Shown here: positions 20,215 to 32,054 of the stretch, piece by piece
How the letters are laid out: each line of letters starts with the position of its first letter
Numbering within the stretch: position 1 is the stretch's first letter
Assembly (NCBI GenBank): GCA_965209085.1
Contig: OZ242376.1
Span: 864,001-928,000 of the forward strand
From: Nitrosopumilaceae archaeon
GTDB taxonomy: Archaea > Thermoproteota > Nitrososphaeria > Nitrososphaerales > Nitrosopumilaceae
Direction: 5' to 3'
Length of the DNA: 64,000 nt
Translations under genes and position numbers: made by a program
Notes under the pieces: generated by a model
Database searches by the model: none
What the model was told of the DNA's origin: nothing
What the model saw: only the letters and a program-made list of their open reading frames with translations

Positions 20215-20252
20215 GTATAAGATGCCATTTTATACCCCATTTGTGAAATTAC

Positions 20253-21143
20253 ATGATGAGCTATGCTGAACTGTACACCGGGGCCGGCCCGTTAATTTCA
20301 GGATCCTCTAAAGATAATCCTGCAGCATGCATATTTGGAGTACCCTTTGATTCGACGCATTCATACAAACCTGGGACGCGTTTTGGACCTGATGCCATAC
20401 GGGAGGCTTTTAACAATATCGAGGTATTTCATCCAAAACTTGGCGTGGATTTGGAGGATGTACCAGTGTATGATCTTGGAAATATACAGCATACAGTTGA
20501 TGTAAAATCAATGCTTGAAATGGTATCAAAAATAACCGGAGAGCTTGCGCAAAAAAACGTACCCGTGGTGATACTTGGCGGGGAGCACTCTATAACGTAT
20601 GGATCGTACATGGCATATCCCAAAGGTACCGGATACGTTGTATTTGATGCACACTATGATTTGCGGGACGGTTATATGGGATCAAAATTCAGCCATGCCT
20701 CGTATCTTTGCAGGATAATTGAGGAGCGCGGAGCGCAAGATATACTTCACGTTGGAGCTAGGGCGTATGGAAAAGATGAGCTAGCATTTGCCAAAGAGTG
20801 CAATTTGAAAACTGTAAGTGATGATGATATTCGTGCCGGATACGGACCGAAGATGGTTGCAGACTTTGTCTCAAAATATGATCACATGTATGCAAGTTTT
20901 GATCTAGACGTGCTTGATCCGGCATTTGCACCAGGGGTGGGCAGCCCCGAAGCTGCCGGGGCAAGCTCGCGCGAGCTATATGATATGATATCATCATTAA
21001 GTAAAAGCTGCATAGTGGGATCTGATATTGTAGAGCTAAACCCCACGTATGATAACGGCTCTACTGCTGTAATAGCTGCCAAGATACTCTCATGTGTGGT
21101 TGCCGGTGATGTTGCGCGCGTCAAAAATGATTCGCTTTTATAA
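20253..21143 (+). CDS. speB: Agmatinase
   Basis: GTRFGP, GGEHSIT, FDAHYD, DLDVLDPAFAPG, DIVELNP. Confidence 0.93.
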   Translation: MMSYAELYTGAGPLISGSSKDNPAACIFGVPFDSTHSYKPGTRFGPDAIREAFNNIEVFHPKLGVDLEDVPVYDLGNIQHTVDVKSMLEMVSKITGELAQKNVPVVILGGEHSITYGSYMAYPKGTGYVVFDAHYDLRDGYMGSKFSHASYLCRIIEERGAQDILHVGARAYGKDELAFAKECNLKTVSDDDIRAGYGPKMVADFVSKYDHMYASFDLDVLDPAFAPGVGSPEAAGASSRELYDMISSLSKSCIVGSDIVELNPTYDNGSTAVIAAKILSCVVAGDVARVKNDSLL

Positions 21144-21164
21144 CAACGCTGAAAAGCCCCAAAC

Positions 21165-21752
21165 ATGCTTGATAAATTGCGCAAAGTTTTGGCACCCTTG
21201 CTTGAAAAATTGGGCACTATATTTGCCAAAACCGGAATATCCCCAAACACATGGACTATGGTTGGGCTTTGCCTCTCGTTTGCTGCAGCATTATCATACA
21301 CTGCATCTGAATGGGTGGATGGAGTGCAGGCCTGGCACGCAATAGTTGCAGGCAGCATTCTTTTGTTAGCTTCGGGATTTTTTGACATCGTAGATGGGCA
21401 GGTGGCGCGCGTGAGCAAAAATGTCACAAAAACCGGAGGGTTTTTGGATTCTGTATTTGACAGGGTTGCCGAAGTTGCCGTATTTTTTGGAATACTTGTG
21501 GGGGGGCATGCAGCCCCTCACGTGGTATTTCTTGCCGCAACATTATCCCTTTTGGTCAGTTATACAAGATCAAGAGCTGAATCTGCCGGCGTGCAGCTGC
21601 GCGGAGTGGGGATAGGTGAGAGGCCGGAGAGACTTTTGGTTATTGCACTAGTGGGTATGGCAGGATTTTTGGAATACGCGCTTGCCGCAGTGTGCGTAAT
21701 GGCCGGGGTAACCATTGTGCACCGCATATCTGCGACTGTAAAAAATATCTAA
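21165..21752 (+). CDS. CDP-alcohol phosphatidyltransferase (archaetidylinositol phosphate synthase-like)
   Basis: SPNTWT, DIVDGQVAR...GGFLDSVFDR, SYTRSRAE. Confidence 0.92.
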   Translation: MLDKLRKVLAPLLEKLGTIFAKTGISPNTWTMVGLCLSFAAALSYTASEWVDGVQAWHAIVAGSILLLASGFFDIVDGQVARVSKNVTKTGGFLDSVFDRVAEVAVFFGILVGGHAAPHVVFLAATLSLLVSYTRSRAESAGVQLRGVGIGERPERLLVIALVGMAGFLEYALAAVCVMAGVTIVHRISATVKNI

Positions 21753-22036
21753 CGCAGACGGCCGCGCTGTCTGCGCGATGCCTCTGAGCGTATCTTTAGT
21801 ATGCCAAAGTGTATGGCACAGGATATACAGTACCATTTTAAAACACGCGGCGATGCAATATATGCCCCCTGGGCGCGGAGCTCTTTTGCCAAGGTATGCT
21901 CTACAAGATTCAGACGCGTTGTGATTTTCTTTGCCTTGTCTTTTGGCACAGTCTGACCGCAGTTTACGCATTGGACGGTACCGGATGAACCCTTGCCGCC
22001 TTTTCTGCGCCCTCTACTGGCTCTCTTTAATGGCAT
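21749..22036 (-). CDS. rps26e: 30S ribosomal protein S26e
   Basis: MPLKRASRGR, CVNCGQTVPKDKA, YCISCAIH. Confidence 0.96.
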   Translation of the reverse strand: MPLKRASRGRRKGGKGSSGTVQCVNCGQTVPKDKAKKITTRLNLVEHTLAKELRAQGAYIASPRVLKWYCISCAIHFGILKIRSEASRRQRGRLR

Positions 22037-22199
22037 GATGGACATCAAATGAGGCTTGTTTATAATATTTTATAATTTGCACCAGACATCATACAATACC
22101 TTTCCATTTTTGGTAAAACACGCCTAAAAACCCGATATGTGGTGTGCACTGTTTGCAGTATATGGCAAAAAAAATATACTAGTACATGCAAAACAACTC

Positions 22200-23072
22200 A
22201 TGAAACTTGACGTATACTCGCACTGCTCAATTGACCATGTGGAGACTGAAAAAGGCGTATCCATACTGCCTGGAGGCTCTGCATGCTATTGCGGAATAAT
22301 GGCAAGGCACCTTGGCGCAGACGTTCATCTTGTAACGCGGTATGGGGCAGATTTTGCCGAATATGCCAAACTCTTTGATTATGAAAAAATAAACCATGCA
22401 AAGTCTTTGTGCGATATGCCCACCACGAGCTTTGAGATATGCCTCAAGGTTTTGCCAAGAACTCTGCGCTTGAAAAATCTCTGTGAGCCACTACAGTATG
22501 TTAAATCCGACTCTGATGGAATACTTGCATGTCCGATATTCTCTGAAATTGATTCAAATCTGTACAAAACGCTGCGGCAAAATGCCGGATTTTTATTCAT
22601 AGACCCGCATGGATTCATACGCGAGGAAAAAAACGGTCAGGTATCATCCCGTCGCATATCCATGGATTTTGATGGAGTTGATGCAGTAAAGGTGAATGAT
22701 GATGAGATGCAATCCCTTACAGGATGTACGGGGATTGAATCAGTGCGCATGTTACAGAACAAAGGCGCACAACACATACTGCACACGGATAACAATCTCT
22801 CCACACTGTACGTAAAGGATAGGGCATACTCGCTGTTAATTCCAAAGGGTGCACCAGCTGATACTGTGGGATTGGGGGATATACTTTCTGCAGCGTTTTG
22901 CACCACAATGATAAAGGAAAAGGATCATCTGTGGGCGTTTTGTTTTGCATGCGGGGCGGTGCAGGCAGCACGCGATTCTGGAAAACCCGGTCTTGAAAAA
23001 ATTCCAAGCAAAGGCTCGACTGTAACAAACGCCTCGTATTTTTACAATACAGTTGATTTTCGACAAATCTAA
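22200..23072 (+). CDS. PfkB-family carbohydrate/nucleoside kinase
   Basis: PGGSA, KVNDDE, DTVGLGD signature. Start taken at MKLDVY. Confidence 0.82.
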   Translation: MKLDVYSHCSIDHVETEKGVSILPGGSACYCGIMARHLGADVHLVTRYGADFAEYAKLFDYEKINHAKSLCDMPTTSFEICLKVLPRTLRLKNLCEPLQYVKSDSDGILACPIFSEIDSNLYKTLRQNAGFLFIDPHGFIREEKNGQVSSRRISMDFDGVDAVKVNDDEMQSLTGCTGIESVRMLQNKGAQHILHTDNNLSTLYVKDRAYSLLIPKGAPADTVGLGDILSAAFCTTMIKEKDHLWAFCFACGAVQAARDSGKPGLEKIPSKGSTVTNASYFYNTVDFRQI

Positions 23073-23155
23073 AAAATGGCTGAAAATCTGGCAACCGCTG
23101 ACGGGTTTGAAATTGCATCAGAACCATTTTTATTAATCATAAAAAAGGCACGGAT

Positions 23156-23668
23156 ATGAAATTAGAGGAGAAGATTGCAGCCATTCCTGATTTTCCAAAA
23201 CCGGGCATACTGTTCAGGCATTTTGGGCCAATACTTGCCGATCCTCATGCGATGGAATACATGGTTGAAGAGTTTGCAAAAAACATAAACCCCTCAGAGG
23301 TTGACGCGTTTGTTGGGATTGAATCCCGGGGGTTTGTAATTGCCACAGCTTTGGCACTGCACTACAAAAAACCCATGATAATGATACGCAAAGCTGGAAA
23401 ATTGCCCGGTTCCACGCTAAAGATTTCATATGATATAGAATACGGATCCGATACCATGGAGCTTGAGACTGGCGCCATAACGCCGGATCAAAAAATAGTC
23501 ATATGTGATGACCTGCTAGCAACCGGTGGGACAGCAGCAGCTGCTGCAAGTTTAGTAAAAGAATCCGGCGGCAAGGTGGCAGCGTTTGCATTTGTAATAG
23601 AGCTTGGAGATTTGCAGGGCGGAAAAGTCATATCCTCATACAGGCGTGTATCTCTGGTGGTCTACTAG
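23156..23668 (+). CDS. apt: Adenine phosphoribosyltransferase
   Basis: PDFPKPGILF, IESRGF, RKAGKLP, DDLLATGGT. Confidence 0.96.
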   Translation: MKLEEKIAAIPDFPKPGILFRHFGPILADPHAMEYMVEEFAKNINPSEVDAFVGIESRGFVIATALALHYKKPMIMIRKAGKLPGSTLKISYDIEYGSDTMELETGAITPDQKIVICDDLLATGGTAAAAASLVKESGGKVAAFAFVIELGDLQGGKVISSYRRVSLVVY

Positions 23669-24460
23669 ATGGATAGTGCGGAAATTGGAATAATCGGCGG
23701 TACTGGGATATACGATCCTGGACTGTTAAATGATGGAAAACAGATACGCGTGCAAACCCCGTACGGTAATCCATCAGAGGATATAACTTTGGGCGAATAC
23801 TGCGGGAGAAAAGTTGCATTCATACCGCGACATGGAAAAAAACACACCATACTGCCGCACATGATAAATTATCGTGCAAACATTTGGGCGCTAAAGGAAC
23901 TGGGAGTAAAGCGCATAGTATCCCCATCAGCTGTGGGCAGTCTAAAAGAGGATTTACCGCCCGGCTCGTTTGTTCTGCCATCGCAGTTTGTTGATTTTAC
24001 AAAATCCCGAATCACCACGTTTTCAAAAGAGGGGGACGTCTTTCACATATCCTCAGCTGATCCGTTTTGCCCGCAAATGCAGGATGTAATATTGGATGCT
24101 GCCAAAAAGTCAGGACTGAAACTGCACACAGAGCGCACCTATGTATGCATAGAGGGGCCGCGTTTTTCAACTAGGGCCGAATCAAATTTTTTCAGAACCG
24201 CAGTCAACGCGGACATTATCGGGATGACTTTATCCCCAGAGTGCCAGCTTGCGCGCGAGGCTCAGATATGTTATACCTCAATTGCCACAGTAACTGACTA
24301 TGATGTATGGGCGGACAAACCTGTCACCACAAAAGAGGTGATAGAGACGCTCAACAAAAACGCCGAATCCATCAAAAAACTGCTAGCAGAAATGGTCGGC
24401 GCGGTTCCAGAAACCCACTCGTGTAAATGCTCCAACGCGCTTGATGAGGCTCGTTTTTAA
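23669..24460 (+). CDS. mtnP: S-methyl-5'-thioadenosine phosphorylase
   Basis: [37 protein letters not shown]. Confidence 0.95.
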   Translation: MDSAEIGIIGGTGIYDPGLLNDGKQIRVQTPYGNPSEDITLGEYCGRKVAFIPRHGKKHTILPHMINYRANIWALKELGVKRIVSPSAVGSLKEDLPPGSFVLPSQFVDFTKSRITTFSKEGDVFHISSADPFCPQMQDVILDAAKKSGLKLHTERTYVCIEGPRFSTRAESNFFRTAVNADIIGMTLSPECQLAREAQICYTSIATVTDYDVWADKPVTTKEVIETLNKNAESIKKLLAEMVGAVPETHSCKCSNALDEARF

Positions 24461-24741
24461 TCATCGATGAATTTTTCTTTTGTAACATTATCTGGTATGC
24501 TCAATTTGCCTTCAAGCAGGTCTTTTTGTAAATCCATTGCCACCTCTTCAGGATCAAGACCTGCGTCTTTGAGTGATGATTGTACGCTCTCTGAGAGCTT
24601 TACGCCGACGTTTTGCCCCCCGATGCGTCCAAATGCAATGGCTGTAAAATCAAGCCTCATGCCTGATGCGGAAAACTTGCCCATTATTTTGGCGGCCATC
24701 TGAGAACCTTCTATCTCATCAACGTGCACGTCAAGATTCAT
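24457..24741 (-). CDS. Hypothetical protein
   Basis: Coupled minus-strand ORF ([13 protein letters not shown]). Confidence 0.75.
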   Translation of the reverse strand: MNLDVHVDEIEGSQMAAKIMGKFSASGMRLDFTAIAFGRIGGQNVGVKLSESVQSSLKDAGLDPEEVAMDLQKDLLEGKLSIPDNVTKEKFIDD

Positions 24742-25183
24742 TTTGTATCTCTACTGCCATGTTTACATTGTCTTTTACAAGAAAACTCCAGTGATCAGGG
24801 CTGTTTATTTTATAGTCAAAGACATCTAGCTGGAGAACCTTCTCCCCAAGACACTCATGCTGCAGGGGTGAGTCTTTTTTTATTTTTACAAGCCTCCACT
24901 TTTCCTTGTCTTTTTGCAGCTTGCATATTGACACTGCCCATTGCTCGTCGGATTCTATCTTTGGCATGCCTACAATGTCCGCAATAGCCTCTATGCCAAG
25001 CTGTTTCTCCTCGCAAAATATCATCATGCATATGCCGCATCTCCAAATATCAACAGAACCAATTGTTTTCTCGTCCACATTTACGTTGATTACGCCATAG
25101 TACGTTGTCTGATGTTTGCAGCTACTCTTTTCTGACACTAATTGGGATGGTTTGGCGGCATTATTTAGCCCTTGCATGCTCAT
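24731..25183 (-). CDS. Hypothetical Cys-containing protein
   Basis: CKH...WRCGIC...FCEEKQ; overlaps both neighbours. Start uncertain. Confidence 0.72.
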   Translation of the reverse strand: MSMQGLNNAAKPSQLVSEKSSCKHQTTYYGVINVNVDEKTIGSVDIWRCGICMMIFCEEKQLGIEAIADIVGMPKIESDEQWAVSICKLQKDKEKWRLVKIKKDSPLQHECLGEKVLQLDVFDYKINSPDHWSFLVKDNVNMAVEIQNES

Positions 25184-25514
25184 AGTGCCTCTCTAATGCA
25201 GCCCCAATGCTGTCGACGGTTTTATTTCTGCCAAATGCGGCACCTGTACTCTCGCATCTTCTCCTGTACATGTTTACGACTGTAAATCTTGGATGCATGG
25301 CCTCGTATGAGCTGCCAGGCATGTCTATAAACGCTCCAAGCCTCATCAGCGATTCTGCTGCATGCAGGGCATCATCTTTGCCAATCTTCAGATTTGCTGC
25401 AATTTCAGGTACCGTGGATGCCCCGTTGGCAGTAACGTGCAAGAATACCCTTGCATGCATTTCATCAAGACCAATCTCAGATACGAGCATCTCTACAAAC
25501 TGTTCCATACGCAC
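25161..25514 (-). CDS. TrmB-like winged-helix protein
   Basis: IGLDEMHARVFL...STVPEIAANLKI...LMRLG...YEAMHP. Confidence 0.7.
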   Translation of the reverse strand: MRMEQFVEMLVSEIGLDEMHARVFLHVTANGASTVPEIAANLKIGKDDALHAAESLMRLGAFIDMPGSSYEAMHPRFTVVNMYRRRCESTGAAFGRNKTVDSIGAALERHYEHARAK

Positions 25515-25534
25515 AAGACCCTAGTGTATGCACG

Positions 25535-25747
25535 CTATATTTTAAGGGCTGCGAGCTTTTTGTATATTCTGAAAGAAAATCCCAGTGCGATAAAATGCAC
25601 AATGCCGCCTGCAATGCCTGCTGTGAGCACATCATTTAGGATATGATACGCTGCAAAGAATACGCCAAGTGAGGGACCGGTGAGAATGCACGCTAGCATG
25701 GTGCTGCGAATTATGGTGGCTCTTGTGCCTGCAGGTTTCTTATCCAT
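25535..25747 (-). CDS. Small two-helix membrane protein
   Basis: Two hydrophobic segments; same strand as the neighbouring cluster. Confidence 0.65.
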   Translation of the reverse strand: MDKKPAGTRATIIRSTMLACILTGPSLGVFFAAYHILNDVLTAGIAGGIVHFIALGFSFRIYKKLAALKI

Positions 25748-25972
25748 GCACGCTGTCTTTTACATCTGTAATAAAAACTGCTAGAGATGTTTTGTAACAT
25801 TTTGATGAAAAACCAACAAAAATGAAGAATAATCCCAAAAACTGCCAAAAGAGGATACAATATTAGATTGGTGGTAGACGTTAATTCTATAACTGTAAAT
25901 TTAATTGCATCAGGTTTACCTAATAATTCAGATAAGTTTGGATAGTCTTACAATGTTGGCATAATTTATGCG

Positions 25973-27574
25973 CTATTTTTTTGCACACGATGAGACAAAC
26001 GCCCGAAAAATATCCTCTGAAAAACCGGGTCTGCTGTCAAATTCCGGATGGTACTGCACGCCGATGAAAAATTCATTGGCAGGATATTCGAGTATCTCCC
26101 TGCGGAGTCCGTTATCGCTGCTGGCCGAAAACACTATGCCGCCATCGGCGAACGCATCAGCATACTCTGGATTTATCTCGTATCTGTGGCGGTGTCTTTT
26201 GGATATGGTATCTGTACCATACGTTTTGTGAGCTAGTGTGTCACTTTTTATTTGGATTTGATTTTCCCCAAGCCGCAAAGATCCGCCCATGTCTGTGACG
26301 TTTTTTTGCTCAGGTAGATAGTCCACCACGGGGTCTTTGCAGTTTTTATCAATCTCTGTTGAATCTGCCCCGCTTATGCTGCAGACTTTGCGCGCAAGTG
26401 CCACTGCGGCAAGCTGGAATCCAAAACATATTCCAAGGTATGGGATATTATATTCTGCAGCATATGATGCAGTTTTAATGATGCCATCTGAGCCGCGGCT
26501 TCCAAAGCCTCCGGGAATTAAAATACCATCATACCCGTCAAGTTTCTCAGGAATTGCCTCTGAATCAATCAGTTTTATCTCAACTCTTACCCCGCATGAT
26601 GCACCCGCGTGCTTTAGCGCCTCTGCAACGCTGACATAGCTGTCCGGCAAAGTGACATATTTGCCCACCATGGCGACACTTACAGTCCCATCTGCATTGG
26701 CAAGCGATGCGACAGTTTTATTCCACGCATCCCAGTTTGCAGATGCATCAACAATGCCGGTCATGCCGAATTTTTTAAAAAGAGAGTTTACAACTCCCTG
26801 TTTGTATAAAATATCAGGAATTGAATATATCGAGGGGGCATCGTGCGATGAGAGCACGTTTGATGTTGGAACGTTTGTAAAAAGTGCAAGTTTCTCCTGC
26901 GTTTTCTTCTCCAATTTCTTTGAGCATCTGATTGCAAGATAGTCCGGCTGTATTCCAATTCTGCGAAGCTCCTGCACGCTGTGCTGTGTGGGTTTTGTTT
27001 TTTGCTCGCCTACCACGTCAAGTGATGGTGCCAGCGTAACGTGGACAAACACCACGTTGGATGCATCCTCCTCTACACGCATCTGCCGTAACGCCTCCAA
27101 AAACGGCAGACTCTCAATATCGCCGACTGTTCCGCCGCATTCCACAACTAGCATGTCAAGCTCCTCTTTTAGCGCTATTTCGCGTAAAGTCTCCTTTATG
27201 TGATCTGTAATGTGCGGTATTATCTGCACGCATGCCCCAAGATACTCACCGCGCCTCTCTTTTTCTATTACTCTAGAGTATATCTGCGCTGTTGTAATAT
27301 TGTGTAATTTTGAAATATCCTGGTTTAAAAATCTCTCGTAATTTCCAATATCCATGTCACATTCGCCGCCATCCTTTGTAACGTAAACCTCGCCATGGGC
27401 CGTAGGGTTCATTGTACCTGCATCATAGTTTAGGTATGGATCTATCTTTACGCAGGAGACTTTTTGATTTGCAAGCTGTAAAAGTTTTGCAATCGAGGAG
27501 GAGATAATCCCTTTACCGAGACCGGACATGACGCCCCCGGTTACAAAGATGTACCTTGTATCCTGCACAATCAT
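25973..27574 (-). CDS. pyrG: CTP synthase
   Basis: [50 protein letters not shown]. Confidence 0.97.
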   Translation of the reverse strand: MIVQDTRYIFVTGGVMSGLGKGIISSSIAKLLQLANQKVSCVKIDPYLNYDAGTMNPTAHGEVYVTKDGGECDMDIGNYERFLNQDISKLHNITTAQIYSRVIEKERRGEYLGACVQIIPHITDHIKETLREIALKEELDMLVVECGGTVGDIESLPFLEALRQMRVEEDASNVVFVHVTLAPSLDVVGEQKTKPTQHSVQELRRIGIQPDYLAIRCSKKLEKKTQEKLALFTNVPTSNVLSSHDAPSIYSIPDILYKQGVVNSLFKKFGMTGIVDASANWDAWNKTVASLANADGTVSVAMVGKYVTLPDSYVSVAEALKHAGASCGVRVEIKLIDSEAIPEKLDGYDGILIPGGFGSRGSDGIIKTASYAAEYNIPYLGICFGFQLAAVALARKVCSISGADSTEIDKNCKDPVVDYLPEQKNVTDMGGSLRLGENQIQIKSDTLAHKTYGTDTISKRHRHRYEINPEYADAFADGGIVFSASSDNGLRREILEYPANEFFIGVQYHPEFDSRPGFSEDIFRAFVSSCAKK

Positions 27575-27656
27575 ATATGATGCAGGCAGTTTATGTGGGT
27601 TATGCCCAAAGACTGCCGCATTATGCTGATTTACGCCTAGATGAAAAAGATCATCT

Positions 27657-28463
27657 CTAAACCGTATCTAGGCGTGTTTTTACTTTGCGCGTAAACTCTC
27701 TTGTTCGAGTTCCAAGGCGTGCCCGCCCCACCTCTGCAATCCTAACGTATGCACTGCCGATAATTACCGCATCAGCGCCAGCTTGCGCATATTTTGCCGC
27801 ATCCTCAGCTGAGCTAATGCCAAAACCTGCCCCGACAGGAAGGGACAAACCTGTTGTTTTTCTTGCCGCACGTATGGCCTTTAGAGTGTATGAGCTGATC
27901 TTTGAGCGCGAACCTGTGGTACCATATACGGCAACCATGTACAAAAATCCAGTCGAGATTGAGGCTATCCTGGCAAGCCGTTCTTTTTTTGTGTTCGGTG
28001 ATGCAAGAAAAACGGTGCAGAGATTTTTACTCCTAGCTGCTGCAAGATACTCGCCGGACTCTTCAAGTGAGATGTCCGGAATGATAAACCCGTCAAGTCC
28101 AGCATTTGCTGCATCCTCTGAGATTTGCTCATATCCGCGCGAGCAGAGTATGTTCGCATACGTCATCATAAGCAGCGGGGTTTTAGGATGCATCCTGCGT
28201 ACTTTGCGCACGATTTTAAAATACGCATCAAGGTTCATGCCGCCTTTTAGTGAAACAGTGGACGCTTTTTGTATCGCCTTGCCGTCTGCGAGCGGATCCG
28301 AGAATGGAAATCCAATTTCCACAATATCCGCACCACCCTCTATCATTGCATTAATCATCTCAATTGTCCCATTCTTGTCCGGATATCCTGCCATTGCATA
28401 TGTGATCAAAACTTTACTTTTCGCACAGCGCCTCTCATCAAAAAGATTCTCAATCCTAGACAT
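27657..28463 (-). CDS. trpA: Tryptophan synthase alpha chain
   Basis: [25 protein letters not shown]. Confidence 0.95.
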   Translation of the reverse strand: MSRIENLFDERRCAKSKVLITYAMAGYPDKNGTIEMINAMIEGGADIVEIGFPFSDPLADGKAIQKASTVSLKGGMNLDAYFKIVRKVRRMHPKTPLLMMTYANILCSRGYEQISEDAANAGLDGFIIPDISLEESGEYLAAARSKNLCTVFLASPNTKKERLARIASISTGFLYMVAVYGTTGSRSKISSYTLKAIRAARKTTGLSLPVGAGFGISSAEDAAKYAQAGADAVIIGSAYVRIAEVGRARLGTRTREFTRKVKTRLDTV

Positions 28464-29655
28464 GTTTTTTTCCACCCTTTGCAATGTATGATTCCACTAT
28501 CTGCACGTCTTTATCCCCTCTGCCTGAGAGCGTTACAACTAGGGATGATTTTTTTGGCATTTTTCTTGCAATCTTTACAGCTTTGGCAATCGCATGCGAT
28601 GATTCAAGCGCCGGAATAATCCCTTCAGTCTTTGTCAAAAGCAAAAATGCATCAACTGCCTCTTTATCTGTTGCAGCATCATACAAGACCCTGCCAGTCT
28701 CCTTGAGATTGGCATGCTCCGGACCCACCCCTGGATAATCAAGGCCAGCTGATATGCTGTGAGCCTCTTTTACCTGCCCCTGAGAATCTTGCAGCAAATA
28801 TGTCATCATGCCATGCAACACGCCTCTTTTGCCGGCAGTGAGGCTTGCTGAATGCATACCTGAATTCAATCCAGTGCCTGCCGCCTCGATGCCAAACAAT
28901 TTTGTCCTTGTGTGTACAAGCGGATAAAACGTGCCAATTGCATTAGACCCCCCGCCCACGCACGCCACTGCTGCATCCGGTTCTGTATCATACTCTTTGC
29001 GCATCTGAGATAATATCTCCTCCCCTATGACGCTTTGAAAATCGCGCACCATTGTCGGGTATGGGTGCGGGCCAACAGCTGAGCCTAAAAGATAGTATGT
29101 ATCTGAAACATTTGATATCCAGTCGCGTATGGCCTCATTTATCGCATCCTTTAACGTACAGCTGCCCGAATCCACAGGTATAACCGGTGTTCCCAAAAGT
29201 TTCATTCTAAAAACATTGAGTGACTGCCGTTTGATATCCTCACTTCCCATGTAAACTGTTGATCTCATTTGCAGCCGCGCGCACGCCATTGCAGTGGCCA
29301 CTCCGTGCTGTCCGGCTCCAGTCTCTGCTAGTATGCGTTTTTTGCCCATGCGTTTTGCAAGCAGTGCCTGCCCCAAAGCATTGTTTATCTTGTGCGCCCC
29401 GCCGTGCAAGAGATCCTCGCGTTTTAGATATATCTTTGCCCCTCCCGCATACTTTGTGAGAGTCTGTGCATAATACATCGGGGTGGGCCGTCCAGCAAAC
29501 GTTCTTAGATGCTCTGAGAGCTCTTTTTTAAATCCGGAATCTTTGCGCATTTTTATATAATAATTTTCCAGCTCATCAAGGGCCGGAACGAGTGTTTCAG
29601 GAACATACCTGCCGCCAAACCTGCCAAACCTGCCGTTCTTTGGATATGCATTCAT
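28456..29655 (-). CDS. trpB: Tryptophan synthase beta chain
   Basis: [38 protein letters not shown]. Confidence 0.97.
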   Translation of the reverse strand: MNAYPKNGRFGRFGGRYVPETLVPALDELENYYIKMRKDSGFKKELSEHLRTFAGRPTPMYYAQTLTKYAGGAKIYLKREDLLHGGAHKINNALGQALLAKRMGKKRILAETGAGQHGVATAMACARLQMRSTVYMGSEDIKRQSLNVFRMKLLGTPVIPVDSGSCTLKDAINEAIRDWISNVSDTYYLLGSAVGPHPYPTMVRDFQSVIGEEILSQMRKEYDTEPDAAVACVGGGSNAIGTFYPLVHTRTKLFGIEAAGTGLNSGMHSASLTAGKRGVLHGMMTYLLQDSQGQVKEAHSISAGLDYPGVGPEHANLKETGRVLYDAATDKEAVDAFLLLTKTEGIIPALESSHAIAKAVKIARKMPKKSSLVVTLSGRGDKDVQIVESYIAKGGKKHV

Positions 29656-30425
29656 CAGTATGCCTCCGCCAATTCTTTTGTCGCAGCACATACATCATCA
29701 CTTGACATAATGCCCGAGCCTACAAGAAACCCTCTGGCACCGGATGCATGCATTGCTGCAACATCTTTGGCGTTTTTTATCCCGCTCTCTGCTACAAACA
29801 ATCCACAGCTTTTGTCTTTTAACAGTCTTGCAACAGTACTAGTATCCACCTGTAGCGTCTGCAGACTGCGGTTGTTTATCCCGATTAGATCCGCTCCAGC
29901 ATCTGATGCAAGATTCATCTCGTCTTTTGTATGAACCTCTAGCAGTACTTTAAGATCGTTTTGGTGCGCATACTCTGTCATTTTTCTGATTTGACCATCC
30001 TCGTATAATGCCTGTATGAGCAGTATGTAATCAGCACCCATTCTCTTACCTGCATCAATTTGCACCTCATCTATGATTATATCCTTCATCAAAATTGGAA
30101 TATTGACAGCTTTTCTTGCCTGTATGAGATTTTCAGGCGAACCTGAAAACATGTGCGGCTGCGTTAAAACAGAGAGTGCAGAGGCACCGCCCTTTACCAT
30201 ATCTTGTGCAATAACTGCAGCATCCCCGTCTTTTCGGATTTTACCAGCAGAGGGTGATGCATATTTTATCTCGCATATGAGCGTCGGGTGCTCATCTTTT
30301 AGCATTGCATTCTTTAAATCAAATTTAGAGCGCATTTTTGAAAAATCCCCGTCAATTTCATACACGCCTGAATCAATGGCTTTGTGGGAATTCTCAACCA
30401 GTTTTTCCAGTATGTTTTCAGGCAT
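29655..30425 (-). CDS. trpC: Indole-3-glycerol phosphate synthase
   Basis: [28 protein letters not shown]. Confidence 0.95.
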   Translation of the reverse strand: MPENILEKLVENSHKAIDSGVYEIDGDFSKMRSKFDLKNAMLKDEHPTLICEIKYASPSAGKIRKDGDAAVIAQDMVKGGASALSVLTQPHMFSGSPENLIQARKAVNIPILMKDIIIDEVQIDAGKRMGADYILLIQALYEDGQIRKMTEYAHQNDLKVLLEVHTKDEMNLASDAGADLIGINNRSLQTLQVDTSTVARLLKDKSCGLFVAESGIKNAKDVAAMHASGARGFLVGSGIMSSDDVCAATKELAEAY

Positions 30426-31464
30426 TTGCGCGAATCCCCTCCAAAAGCTCTACTTTGCCGCAGTATTTTACAAATGATTCAAGATGTTTTGCAGCTTTGC
30501 CGGATTTTACAGCATTCATAGACTCTTCAAATCCTTGGGACATATTCTTGCTCAAATTTGCCGCAATCATGGCAGCTGCGGCATTCATGCAGACAGTATC
30601 GCATATTGCATGCGATGAGGTGCCATCGATTGCACCGACAAATTTTTCAAACGCATCTATCTTACCTGCAACCTGCAGATCTGCCATATTGCATTCTTGC
30701 AATCCAAGATCTTTTGGAGATATGGTGTATTCATTTACCCCCTCCAAATCGGATTCAAGTATGCGGCTAGGGCCAGCAGATGATAACTCGTCCATTCCGG
30801 ATTTTGATGTAACGGCGAGCACTTTATTTGAGCCGCTCTTTAGGAGAATTTTTGAAATTCTCCCCAGTAAATCCGCAGATGATACCCCCACGAGATGTTT
30901 TTTAACGCGTGCCGGATTGCACATGGGTCCGAGCAGATTAAACACGGTTCTTTTGCCAACCAATTCTCTTGCCTTTGCAACATATCTCATGGATGGATGG
31001 TATTGCGGGGCAAACATAAAGCACACGTTGGTTTTTTCAATGCACAATGCTGCCTCCTCTGGTGGAGCATACAGGTTGCATCCAAGCGCCTCAAATATGT
31101 CCGCACTCCCGACAGCACCGGAGCTTGATCTGTTGCCGTGTTTTGCAACCGCACATCCAACCGATGATGCGATAAATGCCGCAGCTGTGGATATGTTTAC
31201 CGTCCGCAGTCCGTCCCCGCCTGTACCGCACACGTCTATGGCATCCGGATTTGCAATATTCACTGTAATGGCTGCCTCGCGCATGGCGCGCAGCATTCCT
31301 GAAATCTCCTTGTCTGTCTCCCCCTTTGCACACAGACCGTTTAGTATTGTAGTAATTTGATCCACACTTGTATAGCCGTTGAGAATCCCGGACATCATAA
31401 TGTATGATCTCTCCTCTGAAATGTCTATCCCGTCGCGTATTGATGCTATGGAATCTGAGATCAT
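30418..31464 (-). CDS. trpD: Anthranilate phosphoribosyltransferase
   Basis: DVCGTGGDG, NIST, KHGNRS, GSAD, FNLLGP. Confidence 0.96.
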   Translation of the reverse strand: MISDSIASIRDGIDISEERSYIMMSGILNGYTSVDQITTILNGLCAKGETDKEISGMLRAMREAAITVNIANPDAIDVCGTGGDGLRTVNISTAAAFIASSVGCAVAKHGNRSSSGAVGSADIFEALGCNLYAPPEEAALCIEKTNVCFMFAPQYHPSMRYVAKARELVGKRTVFNLLGPMCNPARVKKHLVGVSSADLLGRISKILLKSGSNKVLAVTSKSGMDELSSAGPSRILESDLEGVNEYTISPKDLGLQECNMADLQVAGKIDAFEKFVGAIDGTSSHAICDTVCMNAAAAMIAANLSKNMSQGFEESMNAVKSGKAAKHLESFVKYCGKVELLEGIRANA

Positions 31465-32054
31465 ATCTTACTCCGGACAAATTTTACAAAATTGCCCAGT
31501 ATCTTTTTCCCATCGGGCGTCATTATGGATTCTGGATGAAACTGGACCCCGATTATAGGATATGATTTGTGTCTTATGGCCATTATCTCCCCATCATCAT
31601 CAGCATTTGCTATGACTTTGAGCGTATCTGGAATGGATTCAGCAGAGCCGACTAGTGAGTGGTATCTTGTAGCCTGGAACGGGTTTGAAACGCCCTCAAA
31701 GAGCGCATCCCCGTCGTGGGTTATGCTGCTTGTTTTACCATGCCGTACGCTGGCAGCATTTGTTATAGTACCGCCAAATGCGGATATTATTCCCTGATGT
31801 CCAAGGCATATTCCAAGTATTGGTATATGCTGGCCGCATTTTTTTATCACCTCCAAGCACGCCCCAAAATACCTGACCTGCTCGGGAGTACCTGGACCGG
31901 GAGATATTATTATGGCATCATATCCTGCACCATCTGCCTGTTTTGAGCTTAGCATATCATTTCGCACAACCTCGCACTCTACTCCAAGTTCTCCAAGATA
32001 CTGTGCAATATTATACACAAATGAATCATAATTGTCTATTATGAGAAATTTCAT
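31461..32054 (-). CDS. trpG: Anthranilate synthase component II
   Basis: IDNYDSF, SPGPG, GICLGHQ, RYHS, QFHPES. Confidence 0.96.
   Translation of the reverse strand: MKFLIIDNYDSFVYNIAQYLGELGVECEVVRNDMLSSKQADGAGYDAIIISPGPGTPEQVRYFGACLEVIKKCGQHIPILGICLGHQGIISAFGGTITNAASVRHGKTSSITHDGDALFEGVSNPFQATRYHSLVGSAESIPDTLKVIANADDDGEIMAIRHKSYPIIGVQFHPESIMTPDGKKILGNFVKFVRSKI

Noticed and set aside
25750-25970. AT-rich gap containing TAGAGATGTTTTGTAA, a possible IS end or small ORF
   Set aside because: No matching inverted end, target duplication or convincing start codon found.
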